From: Octopus sinensis
Lineage: Eukaryota
DNA: 64,000 bases
Reading direction: 5' to 3'
Assembly (NCBI RefSeq): GCF_006345805.1
Contig: NC_043011.1
Span: 3,286,001-3,350,000, forward strand
This document shows positions 38,276 through 50,358 of this stretch, piece after piece. Within the stretch, counting starts at the first letter, position 1; the number at the start of each line of letters is the position of its first letter. The notes under the pieces were generated by a model. That model saw only the letters and a list, made by a program, of their open reading frames with translations, was not told the origin of the DNA and did no database searches. The position numbers were made by a program, and so were the translations under genes.

Positions 38276-39820
38276 GAGAGTGTTCATGAATAATTAAGAA
38301 CAAAACATTGATTAATCAATTACATTTGTTTGCATTGAACACTTAACACAGCAGTTGGTAGTATTGACTGATAGTATTAAATACATTTACTTTAAAACTA
38401 GTTACATAACTAGTGATATTGTCAGTTTACTTTTTATGACTAGTGTAAGCAGGGGTCTCTGCTTTTGGCTAATTGTGTGGTTGATCATGTTGTCAGTGCC
38501 AACTGAAGGCTTGGGTACATGGAAAAATTGTGTGGGAGGCCCATAAAAATAGATGGCCCTTTCTATCTATGCTGTAGTTGTACATGTAGCGGCCTCCAGT
38601 ACATGGTTTTACTTCGCATCCTATAATGGTGTTAATTTCAATAACAAGCCTTACATGTTATTGATGATGATGATCATTCTTTATGAGAGGTATCAGCATT
38701 TGAGTTTGTTAAAGAATTAACCATGGGGTTAGTACAGCCAATTCTGCCTGTTTTTGAAATGTGTATTTTTGTGTACAAATTTATACATGTATGGTGGTGG
38801 GAAACAATTTTCTATACAGTGAGTTTGAACATGGAAATACTTCAGTTTTTTGGGGTTTTTTAGAGATGCCTTGACATGAGTCCAAGTAAGAGAAATCAAC
38901 ACTAATCTAATATTACCTAATACTTTAATTTCAATTTTTATAGACCCCTGGCCATGCAGAAGCCCTAAAGCACTTGCTTCTGTTGTTCCTGTTTCAGTTT
39001 TGATAATTGTTGGCAACAATCTTTCTGGTACTGATGGCATGATAAATGCCTCCCATCCAGTCTATGCTGTGAAGTGGTTGGTGATAGGAAAAGTATCCAG
39101 CAACACACACAAAAAAAGCAAAAAAATATGATATACATAAATAAACGTGGCCAATTTCCTCAAAATGCAAAACAGTCTATTGTGCTTTCATAGGTTTTTA
39201 TGTAAATTTGTTGTTACATATTTCAGTGCATATTATCATATGATAATCGATACAAATGAGAGTTTATAGCAGGACATAAGAGTTGTAGTTTGTGCATTAT
39301 TTCACCATAGATATTTTCTTTCTTCACAACTTCAAGACTGGACATTCACATCTACAGAGCAATCGGTCACTACAAAAGTTCATGATTCCTGCACCTTATC
39401 TCAGACAGCTCTGTCATGTCTGTTGTGCTTACATCATCTAACTATTTTTTATTGTAATTTCCTACAAATATTTCTTATTTTCAAAGATATGGATTTTTTT
39501 TTTTGGACACAAATGACTTTATCCAATTCCATGCCATTTATTTCCTTCTATTCTGGTTTAAATTTTTTTTTGCATTTGTTCTTCTCTAGTTCCTTTATAT
39601 ATTCAAATCGATCATTTCTACTTTATATAGATTTCCAACAGCTTTCAACTTATTCTGTTACTAAGACTGGGTTCTATACATTAGTGCTACAGTAAACTGA
39701 TTTAGGATCTTTGGCAAAGAGTATGTAACTTATCTCTAGTTTCATTTTTTTATGACAAAATCCCTTTGACTTCTTACTATATTCCATTCCTTGTTAACCA
39801 TATCAAATCAAATTACTGAC

Positions 39821-40033
39821 ATCTTTTTAAGTCATAATGGCACCAGACAGGATAATGATGATTCTGGCAGTTTGGTAATAGGTGTATAAAAACATATTGA
39901 GTAATTCTTTGGGCATTGACATTGCAAAAGGATCCAAATTTGGTGCAAGACTGTTCATTTCTTTCATATTCTCTGTTTGACAGTCTGGTTTGGTGATTGT
40001 TGTTGAGAAAATTTTGAAAAATTCTTTGAGCAT
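39821..40033 (-). CDS. Candidate 213-nt internal coding exon of an unidentified gene (AQRIFQNFLNNNHQTRLSNREYERNEQSCTKFGSFCNVNAQRITQYVFIHLLPNCQNHHYPVWCHYDLKR)
   Basis: Acceptor TTTTGCAATTCCAG, donor GTCAGT, length a multiple of 3, phase 1/1, open frame that closes just inside the intron; no homolog recognised. Confidence 0.3.
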
Positions 40034-42399
40034 CTGGAATTGCAAAATACAGATTAGAACTCTTATCTGAGTACAATATTGTTTACCTCTATTAAACTGA
40101 AAAAATTAATTAAATGGATCAGCTTACATTTAATATGTTTTGCCTGTTTGTTTAAGGCTGATATTTCATTGACAATTCAGTCTCTACCTTAACCTAATAG
40201 CATTCAGATTACTCTGTCTAAAGTAATGCTTATTTATTCACATAGTTTTGTATATTCTTGTAACTTCAAGATTTCATTATGTGATTATTATTTTTAGAAT
40301 GACATGGTAGGGTAGGTGTGAGAGGCTGGATATAGTCTGTGTAAACATAAAACAAGGTGGATATTAGGGCTGGACATGGCCAGTTTAAATACTAAAGAGT
40401 TAATCATATGGTTGTCTATATACTTCATCTCATATAATTCTTTAAGGCGGTAACTTTCATTTTATACTCTGGTTATGGTTAAAATTTGAACAGCTGAGAC
40501 TTATACTTTTAGAGATAAGAATAATAGTTTACCGAGGACATGCCCGCTTAAATCAGAGATGACATGTCTCAAGTTTAATCTTACCTGCATACTGAAGTGC
40601 AACTGCTTCATTTTATGAACTGCTACCTTCATATAAAATATAATATACTTCTATATATCAAATTTACTAAGTTAATATATCTTTCTCTTTTAACTTTTTG
40701 AATTCTTCTAATGAAGAAGGCATTGGTTTCTATTACTGAAATAGAATCCTCTCATTAGAATTCTGAAAGCAACAACAGTAAAAAGTAACATATTGAAACT
40801 TAGAAAATGCTTTATATTTTCTCTGTTCTGCTTACAGCTTAAAAGTGAATGACATATATTAGTTTCTTCAGACAAGTCTAAAAAACAGGTAATTAGTTGA
40901 ATATTTAGTAGCATAATGAAGTGCACCAATTATTATATTAATCTGGAGAGAAAATTCGTTGATTTTGAAGTAGGTTACTATACATGTTCTCTTTCTCACC
41001 ATCTTTAAGGAAATGTTCATGGTCCCAGAGGGGGAGAAAAAAACAATGACTATGTACTGGCGTATACAATGCATATATTTTTGTATAACTATAAATATTT
41101 TTTGTGCATTCAGTCCTAGAAACATATATTTATATTTGTCCCAGAGTAGTCATTTTTATGGTTAGTATTCCATGTTATTTTAGAAACAACATCAAACTAT
41201 TTCGGAAAGTATATGATGATGGCATATTCAAGCAGTTACTGATTGTATTTCTTCTATCTGACACAAATGGGACATGCCTGTTCTTATTGATTGAAGGGCT
41301 TCACTGTCTTCTTTTGTCTAACACCAACAGGTAGCTATCTTTACCTCTTAGAAATGTAACTACTGCAAGTCTAAGCGGGGTTATGTGTCCTGTAGCTATT
41401 GACATCAGTCTCAAATTTTTGAGAGACATACCCATACATAGCTTTTTGATGGTATATCAAAAAGTATTTCTCCTTTATATTTCTCATGTTAATCCCTCCT
41501 GACTCAGACAATGCTGCTCACTTCAAATATTTGCTTAATTTATCTGATATTGATGCTATGTGACATTCTAAAGCTATCTGGACAAATCTTGTCTTTTCAT
41601 CTGAGACAGAATATGCCAGAGTTACAGTTTCAATGGAAGCTACTAGTTTGAGCCAGGAGCTTGAAAATTTTTAAATCAAGGGAGCAGATTTATAGTTCTA
41701 TAGTTTAGTTATGTGTCCCAAATATTGGTTCTAGTGCTGAAAGTGAAAATGCATTGGGTGATTTTCAACTTGTGAGAGGAAAGCTCCAACTGCCCCATTT
41801 TTAACACTTAGCAAAATACTGTTTGGTCACCCTATCCTTGTTCACAGTGCAATTTTGTGATGCATTTCTATCAATATCTAGGAATTTTGTAGCATTCATG
41901 CAAAATAGAAAAGGAAAAGAGAGACCATTTATGCTTATCATGAACATATCCTGCAGGCAAATTCCATGCTTATATCAGTTGAAATTAAACCCAACTATTT
42001 CTCAGCATTGTAAATATTCCTAGCTTAGATTTTATCATCACCAACAAAACGAGTTAAGAGTTACTTTAGAGTTTCTCCTTGTTGTATATTCTAACATACA
42101 AGCACTGAATTTTTGTAAAGAAATCTATAGTGAAACCCAAAATATATTGAATCAAAAGCTTACTGCCTCTTTGGAATGTTTCTTTCTATGGGTATCTTTA
42201 AATATACTCGAGTGGTGTTTTGCAGCGCTTCAATAATTTACACCAATATTCAAACAATTAAGTCATTCCCTTGTGTCTTTTCATTGAGCAGATCTTCCAC
42301 AGCTTTTGTTAGTGTTTCTGAATCAATAATGTATGCTTTATAGCTGATATTGATACAATATCCCTTACTGCTTAAATCCAGATGTTATTCATTATAGCA

Positions 42400-43330
42400 G
42401 AAATGCTTCCTGTTACTCCAGATATTAGATCAAAATTATTTAAAATCTTCTTTAGAAGGGACTCTTCTTACAACTTGTTTTCTTTCAATCTTTATTGTAC
42501 AGTTTCTAGCTTAGAGGTATGATTATGGTCACTGGAGGACCATTGATATATTAACATTTTAATTGCAAAGTTTATCACACAAAGTAGGTCTCTGAGAATA
42601 TGCTCTAAAATTATTGATTTCAACCTTACAAATTTTAGAATAAATACTCTGTACATCTCAATTATATTCTCCTCATAATGTAGTTAGTGTGTCATCAACT
42701 TATTGTTTACCTTATATCCTATGATATGGTAATACCTAAATATTCAATTTGGTGGTGCAGATTTTTATCCCACTGAGTGATTTACATTATTCCATTTTCC
42801 CCACATATGCCACTCTAATGTTATGGCAGCTGTATCAGACAGGTATTGATTGTCCAGAATATGTTATCATATGTTTTCATTTTATCATTAACAATATGGT
42901 CGATAACTTTTAACAAGAGAGAGGTTGATTCCTTTCCAACAGTCATCTCTTTGGATTGATTTATGCAGAAGTACATGCACCAAGTAATGGTGAGGAATTC
43001 AGCGCATTTGGCTTTCATTTTATGGTTCTCTTCTGCTGTAGATTTTTGCTGGATTTGGGTGTCTTTAGAAAATCAACTGGTATTACAGATGTTGGAATAA
43101 CAATTGCTTTCTATCATAGATATTTTTCATTGAAACATGCCTCATATCGAAGTTGTTTAGTTGTAAAGTAGTTTAAGATTTGATGGATTTTTCCCCAGTA
43201 ATACTTTAACTTTTTCAAATGTCCAATAGAAAGATTTTCAAAGTTTTTCTTTTGGTACTTGAATACATCTTGATTTAAATGTAAAGAACCAGTGAAAAGG
43301 ACTAATGTCTGTATTAATACCTTTATTAGC
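42400..43330 (-). pseudogene. Possible Penelope-like RT remnant
   Basis: GKIHQ (cf. PKIHK) and very degenerate GTAMG-like and YxDD-like stretches in the expected order. Confidence 0.35.
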
Positions 43331-43562
43331 CTCAGCCATGACAATCAAAAGATATTCTATGTGATGAAAAGTAGTTTCACTATCATAGTCTAAATAACAA
43401 TCAGCTGTTTAGTCAGAGGTATTATGATATTTCTCATAACTGAATATATCAGGTACAGATCAAGTCTAACAAATCAAGTCAGTGTAATTGTGATGGAAAA
43501 CATTTAACCAAACAATATGAAGAAGTCTTTTACACTTATGCATCTGTTGCTGACAGCATCGT

Positions 43563-44670
43563 ATTAGATATGATTTGCTTCCCAACCACATAGTTCCTGG
43601 TTCAGTCCCACTGTATGGCACCTTGGGCAGCTGTCTTCTACTATAGCCCCAAGCCAACTAAAGCCTTGTGAGTGGATTTATTAAATGGAAACTAAAAGAA
43701 GCCTTTTCTGTGTGTGTATGTATATATATATATATATATAGACATGGGATGAGGTAGTCAAGCATGACCTCAGAGCGTTGGGCCTCACTGAAGCAATGGC
43801 GAAGGACCGAGATCTCTGGAGATATGCTGTGACTGCAAAGACCTGGGCTGCTTCTTGCACCAGTTCCGCATAGCCCCTGCCCATTCAAAGTACCTTGGAT
43901 TCCAGAACATCCCGCTGTGCTTGAGGAGACCTGTTGAGTCAAGTACATGAACATCGAAATAAATATCAATGAAAATAGTAGTTCCATTGTGCCGGTGGCA
44001 CATAAAAAGCACCATCCGAACGTGGCCGTTGCCAGCACCACCTCGACTGGCTTCTGTGCCAGTGACACATAAAAGCACCCTCTGAACGTGGCCAATGCCA
44101 GCACTGCCTCGACTGGCTCCAGTGCCAGTGGCACATAAAATGTGCCATCCGAACGTGGCCGATGCCAGCGCTGCCTTGGCTGGCTTCCGTGCCGGTGGGA
44201 CGTTAAAAGCGCCAACCGATCGTGGCCGATGCCGGACCCCCCTGGCACCTGTGCAGGTGGCACGTAAAAAGCACCCACTACACTCGCGGAGTGGTTGGCA
44301 TTAGGAAGGGCATCCAGCTGTAGAAACTCTGCCAGATGATACTGGGCCTGGTGCAGCCCCTGGCTTCCCAGACCCCGGTCGAATCGTCCAACCCGTGCTA
44401 GCGCAGAAAACGGACGTTAAACGATGATGATGATGATGATGATATATATGTCTGTGTGTCCTCATGTCTGTGCTTGGCCTCACCACTAGTGGGGCAGCCA
44501 GTGTTGGTGTGTTTACATCTCCATAACTTAGCAGTTCAGCAAAAGAGGCTGATAGAGTAAGTACCAGGCTTAAAAGTAAAACAAGTACTGGGGTCAGTTA
44601 GTTCAACTAAATTTCCTCAATGCAGTGCCCCAGCATGGCCACAGTCTAATCATTGAAATGAAAGATAAAA
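43563..44670 (+). mobile_element. SINE family A split by an RTE 3' fragment (5' half 43563-43740, 3' half 44444-44670)
   Basis: Halves match the consensus either side of the insert in the (TA)n tract. Confidence 0.75.
43741..44443 (+). mobile_element. 5'-truncated RTE LINE: RT C-terminus plus complete 3' UTR
   Basis: TWDEVVKHDLRALGLTEAMAKDRDLWRYAV then stop, subrepeated UTR and (GAT)n tail. Confidence 0.88.
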
Positions 44671-44726
44671 GATATGCATATGCATGCATACACTTATGCA
44701 CATGCACATACACATATCAATATGTG

Positions 44727-44858
44727 TATGTGTGTGCATGTATGTGTGTGCATGTATGTGTGTGCATGTATGTGTGTGCATGTATGTGTGTGCATGTATG
44801 TGTGTGCATGTATGTGTGTGCATGTATGTGTGTGCATGTATGTGTGTGCATGTATGTG
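44727..44858. repeat. 14-bp minisatellite (TATGTGTGTGCATG) x about 9
   Basis: GCATG recurs every 14 bp from 44736 to 44848. Confidence 0.95.
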
Positions 44859-45074
44859 TATGTGGGAACAGGTTTCACTGAGTATTAATAAGTTTGCTTT
44901 GCAACTTCAAGTTCCCAGGTTCTTATCACGTTGTGTTAGTTTCGTGTCATGTGGGTGAAAAGAGGGTAAAGGGAAACTGTTGGCTGAACTTTCTCTGTAA
45001 TTGAAATGGCCAGCATCATTACACTGATATCTCATTGATTCTTCTTGAGAATTACATAAAAAGTACACACTGGT

Positions 45075-45193
45075 GCTTACAGCCATATCCCGTTGAAAGC
45101 ACCGGTTCTCGTCCGATCACCGAAGTTAAGCAATGTAGGGCCTAGTTAGTACTTAGATGGGTGACCGCTTTGGAAACCTAGGTGCTGTAAGCA
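45075..45193 (+). rRNA. 5S: Dispersed 5S rRNA gene copy or pseudogene
   Basis: GCTTACAGCCATATC...GTTCTCGTCCGATCACCGAAGTTAAGC...TTAGTACTTAGATGGGTGACCG...GGTGCTGTAAGC, 118-119 nt; helix I GCUUACAGC/GCUGUAAGC closes; box C reads TAGATGGG rather than TGGATGGG. Confidence 0.9.
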
Positions 45194-45207
45194 TCACATG
45201 TTTTGTA

Positions 45208-45488
45208 GGCATAGGGGTGGCTGTGTGGTAAGTAGATTGCCTACCAACCATATGGTTCCGGGTTCAGTCCCATTGTGTGGTACCTTGGGCAAGTGTCTTC
45301 TACTTTTGCCTCAGGCTGACCAAAGCCTTGTGAGTGGATTTGGTAACTTAGCAGTTCGGCAAAAGAGACCGATAGAATAAGTACTAGACTTACAAAGAAT
45401 AGGTCCTGGGGTCGATTTGCTCGAATAATGGCAGTGCTCCAGCATGTCCACAGTCAAATGACTGAAACAAGTAAAAGAGTAAAGAGTA
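45208..45488 (+). mobile_element. SINE family A with internal deletion of the microsatellite hub
   Basis: Head joins at GATTTGGTA|ACTTAGC to the 3' domain. Confidence 0.85.
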
Positions 45489-45614
45489 TGACTAGAATAC
45501 TCAGCCACTTTAAACATTTATTCAATGTAATGACAGTTCACTTCACCAAAGCAACAGGATGCTCAGCTGTTGAAATTGATGGAAAGACTCATCCACCACA
45601 ACAGAATTGATACT

Positions 45615-45806
45615 GCTGCCGGTGCCACATGAAAATCACCCATTACACTCTGTGAAGTGGTTGGCATTAGGAAAGGCATCCAGCTATAGAAACTATGCTA
45701 GACCAGACAACGAAGCCTGGTGAGGGCCCGAGCCTTACCAGCTCTGGTTAAACCATCCAACCCATGTCAGCATAGACAACAGACGTTAAATGATGATGAT
45801 GATGAT
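45615..45806 (+). mobile_element. RTE 3' UTR fragment
   Basis: GGTTGGCATTAGGAAAGGCATCCAGC...CGTTAAATGATGATGAT. Confidence 0.75.
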
Positions 45807-46347
45807 ATATCAAGTTCAGGTATGGTTATATAGTATGAAACTTGCTTCCACAAAGTCCTAAGTTCAGTCCCACTGCAGGGTAACTTGGTTAAGTGTCTTC
45901 TACTATAGATCTATGTTTACATAATTTACTTTAAGGTATGAATGAATTCAGTTTGTCTTTAACCTCCCCATTCTTATAAACACCAAGTAGCTATTTAACT
46001 CACTTTGTGATCATGTGTGCACCAAACCACATATGTGCATATGCATACATTTTCATGGATCTTGTATGAGTGTATGTATGCCATGTAGCTTGTGTGAGGG
46101 CATTTATACATCATATCTGTTAACGGTTACTTTTAATACATTTCTCACTGTATTGCATGTTCGTTTCTGATTTTGCATCAGTGATTTTATTTTAGATCTT
46201 ATTCATATATGGCACTAGGAAAGGCATCTAACAGTAGAAATCATACCAAATCTTCATTTAAAATATTTCCTGCATTTTACTGCTTTTCTTTCTACGAAAT
46301 GAGAAGATACATTATGGAAGTATTATTTTAATGAGTTGTATCTTTAT

Positions 46348-46453
46348 ATCACTCGATGAGGCACATCTGCACTGCTGGATGCTCCTGAAACAGTTGTTAA
46401 GTGTTCCACCCATGAGGGATTGATGCTAGATGTGTCGAAACAATTGTTGTGAT
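46348..46453 (+). ncRNA. Type I hammerhead-like motif with variant core (UCGAUGA)
   Basis: Stem I AUCAC/GUGAU; stem II GGCACAUCU/AGAUGUGUC; GAAA at 46437-46440; ACAAUUGU palindrome; GUU triplet ending at 46448; positions 3 and 4 deviate from CU. Confidence 0.6.
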
Positions 46454-46489
46454 TAATAGAAATTCTCATATATTCCATCTTCCATTTAC

Positions 46490-46559
46490 CATATATATAC
46501 ATATACATGTATATATAGATACATATATATATATACATATACATATATACATATACATA

Positions 46560-46655
<96 letters not shown>

Positions 46656-46745
46656 ATATATATATATATATGTATATATATGTATGTATGCATAATTATA
46701 TATATTGAAGAAATAACATATAAAACATCAATATATATATATATC
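46490..46745. repeat. (TA)n-rich microsatellite
   Basis: Direct reading. Confidence 0.95.
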
Positions 46746-47103
46746 CACAGAAATTAAGAGCTCAGTTATGGGTGATTAAATATACGCATTATAATGTTTC
46801 AGTAAATCCAGATGGAGAAATTTGGCAAGTATATAATCAGTAAGAATGATCCTTAAGAGCAACATGTATTTAGAATTAAAACAAGACTAGCATACATTTC
46901 ACAGATAGATCACAAGTTAATTATTTCAATTAATGTTTTATTTGGAATAAGCATCATTAATTTTATAATTATGGAATTAAGACACATGATTAATTAATTA
47001 GATTAAATATTTAGATTAATTTAAAGCAATTTTTATCCCAAATCATATATATATATATACACACACATATATGTATACATATATATGTATTTATATGTAT
47101 ATG

Positions 47104-47142
<39 letters not shown>

Positions 47143-47224
47143 ATGATATTAGGGAGTATAGCTCCAAACTTACAGGAAAAATTCAATTTAGTATTAAATC
47201 AAATTTCACAGTATAAATATATAA

Positions 47225-47575
47225 AATATGAATTAGAGATATAACCACTATTATGCAACTCAAACAATGATAGACATAAACCAAAACATAAATAACAAAT
47301 AATATAACTATAATTAATATGAAATATAATATATATATAAATTATTTTTTGATTTATTTATTTATTCATTTATTTTTTTAAAGTATAAAAAGAATGATAA
47401 ATATTACTTATTATGTTATATTTATCATTCTTTTTATACTTAATAAAAAAAAATTAATTAAAAAATTATATATATATTATATTATATTAATTATATTTAT
47501 ATTATTTTGTTATTTACGTATTGGTTTATGTCTATCACTGTTTGAGTTGCATAATAGTGGTTATATCTCTAATTC

Positions 47576-47580
<5 letters not shown>
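47225..47580. repeat. ~356-bp imperfect palindrome with ~13-nt loop
   Basis: Outer 60 bp (47225-47284 and 47521-47580) differ at 1 position; inner AT-rich arms pair imperfectly up to ATAAATAT (47404) and ATATTTAT (47418). Confidence 0.88.
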
Positions 47581-47621
<41 letters not shown>

Positions 47622-48197
47622 TATATAGATCATCATATATATATATATTTAAATGTTGGGTATGTTCCTAGTAGTATGCTGATAAAGCATGTTTACTGTT
47701 TATGGCTACCCAACGTCATCCCCAGTAATTACACAACTGTCGCTGGATCTACCTCAGGAATTCCTGTATATGTTGAGTATAAAAAACAAAAGATAGACTC
47801 TCAAACTGACGATGCAGTGCCTGCTTCACAGTGAGATGCATGAATACCTGGACAATTTAATGGCATCTACTTAACTGCTCATATAAGCCTCTGTGTGTGT
47901 GTGTGTGTACAAAGGACCAAATGTATGTGTGTATTTGTGTACAAAGGGCTGAAAGTGTGGGTATGGAAGCCACTATATCTGGGTGCTAACACACCTAATG
48001 TTTTACTTAATTGCATGCTTTATTCTCATTATTATTTTTTCTTTTAATTTTTATTAATTACTTCCTGTCTGTATCTATAACTTTGCAACAGAATCATCCC
48101 TCGTCATGCCTGTCCAACAGCCTTAACCTATGGGCACCAACAACATACTGAATTAAATCTTAGTGAAAAAGAGCTTATTTAATGAGATACTTATTAC

Positions 48198-48303
48198 ATC
48201 ACCAGACGAGACACTTCTGCATGAAGGGATGCACCACAACTGGTTGTGTAGTTTCCCACCTGCAAGGGATCAATGCAGGATGTGTCAGAACAATTATTGT
48301 GAG
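48198..48303 (+). ncRNA. Degenerate hammerhead-like motif, same subfamily as 46348
   Basis: AUCAC-CAGACGA-GACACUUCUGCA...UGCAGGAUGUGUC-AGAAC-AAUUAUU-GUGAG; flanks similar to the 46.3 kb copy; core has several lesions. Confidence 0.5.
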
Positions 48304-49209
48304 CAATAAAGTTCCCTGTTTATTCCATTTCCCATCTCTATCATTTGTTTTCTACATATATTTATATGTGGCACTGGGAAAGGCATCTAACAGTAGAAAT
48401 CGTGCCAAATCTGACATTGGAGCTTAATGCAGTTCTGTGGCCCATCAGATCCTAGTATGGAAAACAAGTTAAATGATGATGATGATGATGTGTGTGTGTA
48501 CATGTGTGTGTGTACTAGTGTGAATGTGCTGCTGTATGTTTTTTACGTGACTGTTTTTCTATGTGGTTGTCTTCCACTTTTAAGGTAATAGGATGTGTGA
48601 TTTGAGGGTAATTTACTGATTGCTTCAAGCTTGAATAGACTTAAGATGAAAGTCTTCCAGCCATAGCCATCTGTTATATTTTATATAAAAAAATTACATT
48701 CTAGAGAATATATCCTACATTTTGAAGATAGTAAGATGAGTGTTGACGAGCTTTAGCTGCTATTATTTGGAGGTAAGAGTTCCTTAGCTTTTGCTTTTTG
48801 AAGTTATTGTTGTTTAGTTTATCATTCGGACTTGTTATAAAAGGGGTTCAAACCATGACCATTCTGTCTCACTTGCATATCAGGAAACATACTAATTAAC
48901 ATGTTCTTCCCTTTTTGAGACCGTATGACTTGTGATCTGAGAGAAATTTGAATGACCTCTCAGAGATTTTCATGTTTTTTAGCATTTTTAGTTGTCGTCT
49001 AGTCCCAGGCCATCTTAGACAGAGGAGCAGATTTATGAACAAAAGGTTCTTGTCATGCCCATTTCATCCCCTTTTCCAGACACAGTGAAGAGTACACTGA
49101 AAAGAACATTTTTCATTGTATCCTTTTCAAAGATCTAGGGTACACACACACACACACACACACATGCATGCACCTCACCTTTTTTGCATCATACTAATTA
49201 CATGGCCTC

Positions 49210-49990
49210 AAATTATCAAATGGTCGACACATGTTGTACAAGCATTTGTCAAGAATATTATGTGTGGGTATTTTTGAAACTCCTTCCCATATGTTTTCAA
49301 GTTCAAATCAAGACTGGAAATTCTTGGAATCACAAGACAATAGTCCTTTCTTTGTAGCACTGGGACAATACTTTTGGGTCAATGAAATACTGCACATACC
49401 CTGTACACTTATGTGAAAGTAGAGATTTTCATTTAGCACATGGCAAGAGAAAATTTGCTGTCCATGTTTGCAATTTTCCTTATCCTGTATATTTTAGTTG
49501 TTATCTGTATTTAATTTTTATTCTATTCGATTTTTGCTCACATCAATATGTTTCTCAGTATCTCACAATAACCACCTTCTTTACTCCTTTCAGCTTTCTT
49601 CTCTCTCACTCTCTCACTCACACTACTATCTCCTTGATTCTACCATTCCACAATGCTTTCCTGATTACTCATAATTCTAATTCTGCTGACTACACATGCT
49701 TCATTTTTTCAAATTAGATTTTCTACCTGCCTGCTATGCTCTCTTTGTTCAAGTGCTAATGCCTAACAATCTATTATCTAGCGTTGTGTGTATCTTAGAC
49801 ATTAGAGCTAATTATTTCAAGTCTCTTTCATTAGGACGACAGACTGCAACATTTGTTCTATATCTGTTGTACCTAATTTTTCATATATTCTCATATATTA
49901 GTTGGTTATCCTGTCTTCTTGTCCCAATCCTTTTGCAGCACCCTGTTGTCACAAGATGAATACCTGGCAACTTTTGTTATAATTGCTGCA
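49210..49990 (-). pseudogene. Possible Tc1-like transposase remnant
   Basis: SSLDLN followed by frameshifted ENIW resembles SPDLNPIENxW; weak. Confidence 0.3.
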
Positions 49991-50008
49991 CATTGAAGTG
50001 AGCAATTT

Positions 50009-50358
50009 TACTCTCTTTTACTCTTTTACTCTTCTACTTGTTTCAGTCATTTGACTGCGGCCATGCTAGAGCACCGCCTTTAGTACTTATTCTATCGGAC
50101 ATTTTTTGCCGAACCGCTAAGTGACAGGGACGTAAACACACAAGCATCAGTTGTCATACAATGCTAGGGGGACAAACACACACACACACACATATATATA
50201 TATACATATATACGACAGGCTTCTTTCAGTTTCCGTCTACCAAATCCACTCACAAGGCATTGGTCGGCCCGGGGCTATAGCAGAAGATGCCATGCAGTGG
50301 GACTGAACCCGCAACCATGTGGCTCGTTAGCAAGCTACTTACCACACAGCCACTCCTG
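50009..50358 (-). mobile_element. SINE family A
   Basis: Reverse complement of the consensus with small internal deletions. Confidence 0.9.

Noticed and set aside
38729-39040. 103-aa minus-strand ORF
   Set aside because: Starts within an RTE UTR fragment; no motif or splice support.
41150-42400. Possible piggyBac transposase remnant
   Set aside because: Only vague motif resemblance, and the adjacent region fits a Penelope-like RT at least as well; left unassigned.
47801-47860. CUGACGA-UGCA...UGCA-U-GAAUAC hammerhead-like string
   Set aside because: GAAA and the NUH site are not conserved and stem I is out of register; at best a very decayed copy.
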